Source: Lytechinus pictus (Eukaryota). From it: a stretch of 64,000 nt of DNA. The notes beneath the pieces were generated by a model that worked only from the letters and a program-made list of their open reading frames with translations, was not told where the DNA came from and made no database searches. Below are positions 55,813 through 64,000 of the stretch, piece after piece. Both the position numbers and the translations under genes were made by a program. The first letter of the stretch is position 1; each line of letters begins with the position of its first letter. The stretch lies in contig NC_087249.1 of the NCBI RefSeq assembly GCF_037042905.1, positions 1,302,001 through 1,366,000 on the forward strand, written 5' to 3'.

Positions 55813-56224
55813 TTAAGGACAATCTTCTGCAGGCATAATTTGCCTAGGTTTTCAATTGTTATTCGCAAGGAATTTTTTATTGTTGACACAACACACAAAA
55901 CTTTTCTAGGTCAATAATATTCTATGTAGTTTTTAATGTACAATTTAATTTTTCGTGTTTAATTATTAACTTCCTTGACTGCGCATGTGCGTGTGTGTTT
56001 TTGTGAATTTTGGTACATGGCGTACATTTGTAAGTTTTTTTTAATTCTCCCCTTCCTCACTCTTCACTCTTTCTTCTCTAGGCTCTCCTCTCCTATCTCA
56101 GCTTTTCAATATACTTCCTAGCTCTTCCGTTTTCTTAATTCTATTCCTTAAACTTCTGCCCTCTACACTTTCTTCTCTCCTATTCTGTTCGCTTACATGA
56201 TGTATATGTAGGTATTCTTATGTA

Positions 56225-56380
56225 TCTTTGCACTGTTTCACAGGTGATCTATGTCTTGCAAGCTGTGCTTTTTAATAGATCAACTCAGTTCTGCATTTTA
56301 ATTATCGTTAAATCATTGCTACTTCATTGATGACATGTATAATGTTTTGTAGAATTGAGTTAAACTTGAACTTGAACTTA
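56225..56380 (+). mobile_element. Probable CR1-type LINE 3' tail ending in (CTTGAA)n
   Basis: Hairpin GATCTA..CAAGCTGTGCTT..TAGATC followed by AAACTTGAACTTGAACTT. A similar tail occurs near 37625-37745. Confidence 0.4.
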
Positions 56381-57390
56381 AAATGAGTAATTAACTTGTC
56401 CCCGACAGGTGACCCCGTAAAGTAAGTGAGAGTCAAATGACACATAAAATTGAATCAAATGGCAAACATACTAAGTGAATCCAAATAATGACGTATTAAA
56501 CAGCCATTGTTTGGCTTATGACACACTACACACTTATGTGAGACATCACACACTTGAAACAAACATCACAATGACACACCTATGCGGCATCACAAATCAT
56601 CACAAATTATATGCGTCGTGTCACGAAAAAAATGTGTCATGGGACACATAAAGACAAATAAAATGTGTGATTCAACTCACTCTTTTGTGTATTTTTTTAC
56701 TCATATTCACCATATTCACCTGGGGACAATAATTCAAAAACACAAACATGTGTCACTTGACCTGTAAAAATTTTCTGTGAAGAGGGTCGATAAACCATTG
56801 GGTAGAAATCTCTCTAGTTAAAACATGTTTATGAACACTTTACTGTTCTATAATTCGTTACTGCAGATTTTTTTTTCCTGACTGTATACGAGGAATTCAA
56901 AAATCAAACTTATCTAAAAAAAAGAAGGACGTATTTCTATGATTGAGAGTCACCGATTCCCTTTTTGTTTCCATGCATCTTTGTCTGTCATTTCTCCTCT
57001 TTATGGTTCTCTTGTAAACGGTGAGGCTGACAAAAAACATCACCTTGTTCCATGCAGATCTTATAGCTTTAACATGTTAACATTGTCGTGATATATATTT
57101 CAGAAATCAGGGTCCTTCACTGTAGCAATGGCTTTGTAAATGCTATATTGATATATATTTATTGCATGGTATAGATTTTTAGAACAAATATGTAGCAGCG
57201 ATAGTGCAATATTTGGTGATACAATCATGACCTATTTTTATCCTATTTTTCCAATTTGTGTTGTTATCTTAATATAATGTGACATGTTAGTTTCAAACCG
57301 GGGGCCAGGGGACATCAACTTATCAAGTTGCTCTCCCCTGGTCCTCAGCAGGAATATGAAATGTATTGTGTTACGTTTTTAAATTTGTAT

Positions 57391-57512
57391 TCTTTTGTAT
57401 GTCATTATTTGTATTATTGTTTAATATATCTTTTGTATGTCATTATTTGTATTATTGTTTAATATATCTTTTGTATGTCATTATTTGTATTATTGTTTAA
57501 TATATCTTTTGT
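57391..57512. repeat. Perfect 38-bp minisatellite, 3.2 copies
   Basis: TCTTTTGTATGTCATTATTTGTATTATTGTTTAATATA at 57391, 57429 and 57467, plus a partial copy at 57505. Confidence 0.97.
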
Positions 57513-58962
57513 GTATTATTGAATGTGAGCCATAAAATGATTTTATGCAACTTTTCTTTTGTGCGTAACAATTAACATGATTAATAAATTCAATCAGTCA
57601 AGCGTTTTTGTTTTCTTTTTATGGGAGTCGCATTCATCTCAACTATTGTGTCTCCGTGGTTTAGGGTTCTAAGGCATGCAGTTTCTTGATTTCTTTCGAG
57701 AATTCGGACAGTTTTCTTACCGAGGACAGTCAAGGATCCGAGATATTCATTTCTACATCATTTAGCCGACACCATCACAACATTTTCGCTTGTAAAGTAA
57801 CAACACTTGGTTAACTACTTGTAATGGACGGACTCGGAGGTATACCCTTATGTTTCAGTCTAACACTTAATTTGGATTGTAACGACATTTTAGTGACAAC
57901 AAAATGTGATATATTTGATGCTTCCTTCCTTCCTCAAAGATAATGTTTTAAGAGCTATTTTGATAACAGATGTCTGCCGAAAGGGGGGTTTACATTACCA
58001 CGCGGCCTTTATTCATTTAGGTGACTATATTTTTGGTATCACCGCAAAAAGATAAAGGTCGGACGTGACATAATTCCAGTTTTTCAGTAAGTGAAAGTTG
58101 TTTTTCTTCTTTCCCAGATGTCTAGTGTTTCGAATGTTCCCGTTCTATCATTTGTAAGACTTGACATTGGCGCCGGAATCCAGCATTATCTGTCATTTCA
58201 TCGGTTGCTCTAGGAGGTCTATATAGATTATATGTCCCGTAGAGAATGGTACATAGACTCTTCGGATTCGGCGTCATAGGAATATTATGTAAACGGTTGG
58301 AGGGGTTGAGAGGTTGGTGGGTGGAGGATAAGATTTCTCCAGAGTTCCAATGAATGAACGAGAATTGAAAGATTATGATCAAATAAAGGGCAAACAACGT
58401 AATGAAACTACACCAGGTCGTCATAATATATTTCTAAATTGTCGTCGTAATATTTTCAAGAATTAATAACTGACAAAATATCCTGTAAAATATCAACAGA
58501 CAAATGAACTATGACATTGTCAGTGACATTTAAATTTAATTTTATTTCAAAGCATATATAAGCCATGCCAATAAAAAATTGACATCTTTCCTGTGACACT
58601 TTATATTCTTCCAAGATTGATATTGTATACAATTTATCAGCGAAAACGAAAGGAATTTAGAAAAGCACTCACTCCAACATATAATTTAGTGAGTACTTTC
58701 GTTCATGCATACCTTATGCTGTACCAAACACCATGGGTGACGATCAAAGGAGAAATTGAGATAAGAATGAAATTTCGATTGCATCAAGTTTGATCGTATT
58801 GTAGTCTAAACACAAAACTTCACATTATCATAAAGATAATCCATTTTACAATTTGCCTGTTAGCTCTACAATGCCCCCATTTACCTCACATACTCATCCA
58901 CTAACAGCTGCATTTTAAAAACATACCTTTTTAACCCCAATATAATTTTCAGTTACGTCCTA

Positions 58963-59252
58963 AATAATAATAATAATAATAATAATAGGCATTTGTATAG
59001 CGCCATCTATCTATCTATTCCGAGGCGCATTGTTGTGATTATTACTACCCCGGATTTAGCTCAAGCTTCCTTTCAGCGCTCGCGCAGTCACAGAATTAAT
59101 CCCGCCGGGTACCCTTTCACCTCACTTTGGTCGAGTGCAGCACAGTGTGGATAAATTTCTTACTGAAGGAAACACGTCATGACTAGGATTCGAACCTACG
59201 ACCCTCTGTTTCAAAAGCAAGAGTCAGAACCGCTAGACCACGACGCACCCAC
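58963..59252 (-). mobile_element. Full-length tRNA-derived SINE with L2-type (TTA)n tail
   Basis: Minus strand: GGGTGCGTCGTGGTCTAGCGG (A box), GGTTCGAATCC (B box), central TGTTTCCTTCAGTAAGAAATTTATCCACACTGTGCTGCACTCGACC...GGGTACC, tail GCGCTATACAAATGCCTATTATTATT. Confidence 0.9.
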
Positions 59253-59905
59253 ATCATGGACCTACCAGTAGGTCCATAGTTACATGTATTATGAAAATCT
59301 TGCCGTTACAGAGCTAATTTCAAAGTGCGAAGAAATGTTTGAATGCGGCAGTAAAAAAAAACACATTTCCAATAAACTCGTCACGACTCCCGAATCAATC
59401 TGATTTGATCATGCTCTATTTATTTCGACTTTCTCATTCTACCGTAATATATTGTGTTACATTTAAACGAACTAGCAGGAAAAGAATGCGCCGAAATATT
59501 CTGCGCAGAGCATGGAAAGAAGAGTAATATGATTTCTTTGGGGGGATAAAGCACTGTCGAAGTGAATGAATCGATGATTTCATTGTTAGAAATAGAGAAT
59601 GTTGAGAAGATAAAATTTCTCTCTTACCACAGAGTATGGTGTTGTCTATGTGAGGCATGAAAATGACTTTCTATGGTAAACCAGTAATATTTATGAGGAA
59701 TTCAAAGTCATTTCTTTCGAAGCAGAATTTTCATTTGAGATACAATCTGGAGAAAATCATTGTTCATTATGCAAATCACTTCAAACCAATTGAATAGTTT
59801 ATTATTCAGCTTTTTCTTTCCATGACATTTCCTCATGTTTCATACCGCTCCTTAATTTCCATTCTTATCAATATTATATTTCAGCTCCCTTTCTTTATAT
59901 ATATG

Positions 59906-59908
<3 letters not shown>

Positions 59909-59961
<53 letters not shown>
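59909..59961. repeat. (TA)n microsatellite; further TA tracts at ~60535-60582, 60797-60823 and 60873-60909
   Basis: Directly visible. Confidence 0.97.
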
Positions 59962-59964
<3 letters not shown>

Positions 59965-60079
59965 ATAAGGTGGCCCTCAGGCCAACGAGTAGTGCAGGTA
60001 CTCATCATTTAGTGTAGATAAACTTGGGAGACAGAAATAACGACAAGTGAGACGTAGCTCTCATGTTTCCTTTTTTATT

Positions 60080-60113
60080 GCAAGCTTTCGGCCATCATCG
60101 GCCTTCGTCAGGC
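60080..60113 (-). ncRNA. Minimal type I hammerhead ribozyme motif (A1)
   Basis: Minus strand GC-CTGACGA-A-GGCC-GATGAT-GGCC-GAAA-GC-TT-GC: CUGANGA and GAAA core, 4-bp stem II, palindromic AGCT stem III. Stem I is short. Confidence 0.65.
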
Positions 60114-60442
60114 CTACAAAGAAAATCAGATGGAACGAACATAGTATTTACATATATATAAATTAGGTATAATATAAACACATGCAATATTATACCTAAT
60201 ATTACACCTAATTTATATATACGTAAATACTATGTTCGTTCCATCTGATTTCCTTTTTTTGTAGGCCTGACGAAAAAAAAATCTAGTCATTGTATGAAAC
60301 CGATAGGCATTTATTCTAAACTGAGTAGACTGATGTCGAAATATGCTTTAATAAGGCACATTATTTCCAATAATTGGTCCAATGTCGCGTTTTACATTAC
60401 CCTTCAATTCCTTACTAGGCCATCTGATTTCCTTTTTTTGTA

Positions 60443-60476
60443 GGCCTGACGAAGGCCGATGATGGCCTAAAGCTTG
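60443..60476 (+). ncRNA. Hammerhead motif (A3) with core GAAA mutated to TAAA; probably inactive
   Basis: GC-CTGACGA-A-GGCC-GATGAT-GGCC-TAAA-GCTTGC; T at 60468 replaces the conserved G12. Confidence 0.6.
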
Positions 60477-60606
60477 CAATAAAAAAGGAAACCTGAGAGC
60501 TACGTCTCACTCGTCGTTATTTATGTATTTCAAGTATATATATATTTATATATACATGTATATATATATATATGTATATATATTATTATTATTATTATTA
60601 TTATTC

Positions 60607-60644
60607 ACTCGAATTTTCGACGGTCCTCCGTCTTCTTCAGGAGT
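60607..60644 (-). ncRNA. Minimal type I hammerhead ribozyme motif (B, minus copy)
   Basis: Exact reverse complement of 60713-60750. Confidence 0.75.
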
Positions 60645-60712
60645 TTACCATGTGATATTAGATCAATCAGAGAGCGCATCCTCAGACAGATTGATCTGAT
60701 ACCCCATTGTAA

Positions 60713-60750
60713 ACTCCTGAAGAAGACGGAGGACCGTCGAAAATTCGAGT
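60713..60750 (+). ncRNA. Minimal type I hammerhead ribozyme motif (B, plus copy)
   Basis: ACTC-CTGAAGA-A-GACGG-AGGA-CCGTC-GAAA-AT-TC^GAGT: stem I ACTC/GAGT, 5-bp stem II, palindromic AATT stem III, predicted cleavage after C60746. Confidence 0.78.
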
Positions 60751-60794
60751 GAAATAATAAAGACTTTATTGGCAATCACAGCATTATCATCAGC

Positions 60795-60836
<42 letters not shown>

Positions 60837-60869
60837 AAGTTATACATGTACTACAGCCGTTTCTTTCAC

Positions 60870-60910
<41 letters not shown>

Positions 60911-61162
60911 TGTATATACATATTGAATCTAGATAGATAGATAGATACACATCCACTCACACCTATTCACAAACACCACTATAATTCATGAAAATTTCAA
61001 ACTGATTGAAAAGATAGGCAAAGAATCCATATGTTACATTGCAAATATTCAAAAATAATTTATTGATACACTGAAATTCACGTATGAACTATAAAGATAT
61101 TTCAATATTATTCACATCACTGTACATTATTAGAGTGGCTTTTTTTTTACCTTAATAATAGC

Positions 61163-61246
61163 TGTGCCCGCTGGGAGAAGTTTTCGGAACTGAAGTGGCT
61201 ACCCTGGGTAAATAATTATATCGTTATTAGTATTATTATTATTATT
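61163..61246 (+). mobile_element. 5'-truncated SINE/LINE tail
   Basis: GAACTGAAGTGGCTACCCTGGGTAAATAA(TTA)n; the same tail core as the SINE at 47368-47582. Confidence 0.75.
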
Positions 61247-62324
61247 GACATGATTAACTCTATATGGAGGCTCTTTCAAAGTTGTAAATAAAGCTATAAA
61301 AAAAACAATCACCTAAGGGTAATCCACGGTGGTAATAAAAATCCATAAAATATTGGCGTACTGCCAAGCCCCCCCCCCCCCCACCCCCCATATTTTGAAA
61401 TTCTGCTTATTTCACAATTTTTAGAAATAAATACGCATTAAAAGTGCACTAAAAGAAAATTCTCCTTTTTTACCTTAAAATTTAGTAGAAATTGTCATTA
61501 CTTCCGTCTCAATGCTCCATGGCTTTTTTGTGTGTCAGAACATTTTTACAACCCCTCCCCCCTCCCTTTCGGCAAAATCTGTTTTTCTATAACTATACCA
61601 TACACACTTTTTCGGCCACTCGTTTTAACATTGGTATCTCTGACGGTATTAGCTATAAGGAAATAAATTCAGGTTTAGATTTTACTTTTTATTACCCTTT
61701 TCTTATTGTATATTTTCACATGTTTTTTTTTAATATCTAATTGTTACCGAATTTTTTTCACATAAGACTTTAGATAGCATTAGCGAAATTACATAATAAC
61801 TTTTGTTTCACTAATTTAGAATTTGATCATTTTCATATCAACAATTATGTTTGCTATATACGTCTCTTAATCTATTAATTAAATATTCTTAACACAGCAA
61901 TGCTACGAGAAAAAAAATCCTTACACGACTATAGAAATGGAATCACATGATTTGGTTATTTCATTTTCGAAATACTTTGATATTTTTATAATTCAATCAT
62001 AAGCCATTATTATTTTTTGTTCCTCGACTTTATATGATATCATCAAGCGGCACAATTAGATTTTAATCAATACATTATATTTTATTTTTTTATGATAAGA
62101 AAATTTTTAGAGAAATCACTTGAATTCTCGTCATATTGAATAAAATCTAGTCATTGTTATGAAACCGATAGGCATTTATTCTAAACTGAGTAGACTGATG
62201 TCGAAATATGCTTTAATAAGGCACATTATTTCCAATAATAATATTGGTCCAATGTCGCGTTTACATTATCCTTCAATTCCTTACTAGGCCTTACTCTCAA
62301 TACTCAAAGAAAGTCAGTGAATAG

Positions 62325-63256
62325 TTATGTAATATTGACTGGCCTTGGGGGGAACATGAAATGTATTGCCCTCAACAGAATCATATAGGCCCGAGTCTTT
62401 ATATGAGTGCAACATAGTTCTTTTAAGGGCAATATATTTGATGTTCCCCGAAAGAAGAGCCAGTCAATATTTTTATTATTATCAAAATCAGACATCTAGA
62501 GCAAAAATCATGAAAATCGATATATTTCCTTTAAGAATAGGGTTTTATTGTGTCCTGTTTATGAGGAGCTAGGCTCTGCACTTTACCATTATGACGTATT
62601 TGTAATTAAGATTGCATCCCTATGGACGCATATCAAGCACCCGGGTCCATGGTTGTCTTTATTACGACCTATATTGTTGCTGCGCGGATCATTATGAAGC
62701 GTATCTCTTTCTACGCATCCTCAAATGCCCAGATGTGAGACCAGGGAAAATACAAAGGTATAATTTGCGTCGTCTTTACATGCAAAATCAATACGCGCAT
62801 ACCGAGCAAAATGCGAATAATATAACTATCCCTTCCCGATATTCAGACAATCTAGGGCAGTACGGTATTGTAAATGACCAGCTCAGATGTCTGATACGGG
62901 TAATAATTATATAATATTGGCTGGCCTTGAGGGGGACATCAAATATATTGCCAGCAAAAGAATCATATGGCCCAAGTCTTTAGACGGGGGCAATATACCC
63001 ATCCCTTCCCGATACTCGGAAAATGCAGGGCAACACGGTTTTGTAAATGACCTGGTGGGTGTTTCATAAAGCTGTTTGTAAAGTTACGAACGACTTTACG
63101 CACGACTGGAACCTGTTCTTGGGTCATAACTCAATTACATAGGGATATCAAATAGCACAAGGAAGGATCACCAGTCGTGCGTAAAGTCATTCGTATCTTA
63201 CGAACAGATTTTATGATACACCTACCAGCTCATATGTCTGATACTGGTGATAATAC
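62325..63256. repeat. Palindrome-bearing composite repeat of uncertain class
   Basis: Imperfect palindrome at 62331-62471 whose left half recurs at ~62912-62995; direct repeat 62826-62906 vs 62998-63254. Confidence 0.6.
63055..63225. mobile_element. PIF/Harbinger-type MITE inserted into one copy of a local direct repeat
   Basis: CTG|GTGGGTGTTTCATAAAG...TTTATGATACACCTAC|CAG with ~55-bp TIRs. An empty-site copy lies at ~62870-62897. Confidence 0.85.
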
Positions 63257-64000
63257 TTATTTCATGATGAAAACATGATTGTGAAATACAGTTACATATT
63301 TCAAGAATTCATACTTCTTCTGACTTTCCTGTTTCTTGGTTTTTACCCTTTATCATGTTTATATACTATTTTTTAATTTTTTTATTCTTCTTCTTCTATT
63401 CTTGTTTCACCCCTTAATCCCGTTTGTCTCATTTTAATTCATATTTTTCACTTTTTTGCTTTCTCATTCTTCTTTTTCTTCTCTTCTTTTTTTTTAAGCT
63501 TGAAGTAAGCCGTTGTTCTCTTTCTCTTCCATTTTCAGTTTGCGATCAAAATTCTAATTATAAGACTTCCAATGCAACAGATGAAGCTAGAAACAGACGT
63601 CATCGTTGTCCTCCATAATCGCGTAAAAAGTGCCTTGGATGTTTTCTTTTAATCTCTTTTTCTTATATGTTTTGCAAAATCGGTGTTGAACGCCTTAGAG
63701 AGTTATTGTTTAATAATCACGCGTCAACGTGTATTCTGAAAACGTGTCAGCTTTTATATACACATTTATCATGTTTATGTCTATTCTTTCTTTCGAACCT
63801 CATTGCTATTCAAAGTGGCTCATGTTTACCTTGTTTTCTATGTATTTAACATTGTCTGCTTCTACTGATCAAGATTCGCAATTTCATAACCGTATCATAT
63901 TTCATTTCACTCTATATACACTCAAATCATTAATTGCACTGATAGGAATTAACATATCGAAACACATAATTATCACTTCATAATTGCTTCTTTATATTCT

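Larger units (their letters stand above)
59962..60535 (-). mobile_element. Fold-back element A, probable Penelope-like pLTR remnant with inverted hammerhead motifs
   Basis: 60022-60175 is the reverse complement of 60200-60535 (excluding the insert). Each arm carries CTGACGAAGGCC-GATGAT-GGCC(G/T)AAAGCTT followed by AATAAA. Embedded in (TA)n. Confidence 0.75.
60604..60797 (+). mobile_element. Fold-back element B, probable Penelope-like pLTR remnant with inverted hammerhead motifs
   Basis: Perfect 45-bp inverted repeat (60604-60648 and 60709-60753) plus imperfect inner pairing. The + arm continues through AATAAA to (TA)n. Confidence 0.75.

Noticed and set aside
57391-57512. CRISPR-like or other spacer array (also considered for 20115-20911 and 42018-44134)
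   Set aside because: Eukaryotic context, no cas genes, and the repeats are either contiguous or degenerate and irregularly spaced.
59180-59252. tRNA gene-like A and B boxes
   Set aside because: They continue into a SINE body and tail with no acceptor stem or terminator, so this is a SINE head rather than a tRNA.

Overview
AT-rich animal genomic DNA with three N-gaps, not prokaryotic. The repeat repertoire and the receptor look echinoderm (probably sea urchin); that taxon call is an inference. The only well-supported protein-coding sequence is the 3' part of a rhodopsin-family peptide GPCR of the kisspeptin-receptor (KISS1R/GPR54) type on the + strand. It has a 136-nt exon at 3068-3203 (TM3, DRY, TM4 start) spliced in phase 1 to a terminal exon at 7716-8329 (TM4 end to TM7 and C-tail); the upstream exons are not visible. 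The remaining ~55 kb shows no recognisable gene. It is filled with non-autonomous DNA transposons (Tc1/mariner-, Kolobok-, Sola3-, PIF/Harbinger-, hAT- and CAC-type ends), tRNA-derived SINEs, LINE 3' tails and microsatellites. The most unusual region is 59.9-60.8 kb. Two different short fold-back elements sit in (TA)n tracts, and each carries an inverted pair of minimal type I hammerhead-ribozyme motifs of the kind known from Penelope-like elements. One of them has captured a ~145-bp copy of sequence from ~1.9 kb downstream, together with a 34-bp duplication. Nearly all ORFs in the supplied track are spurious.
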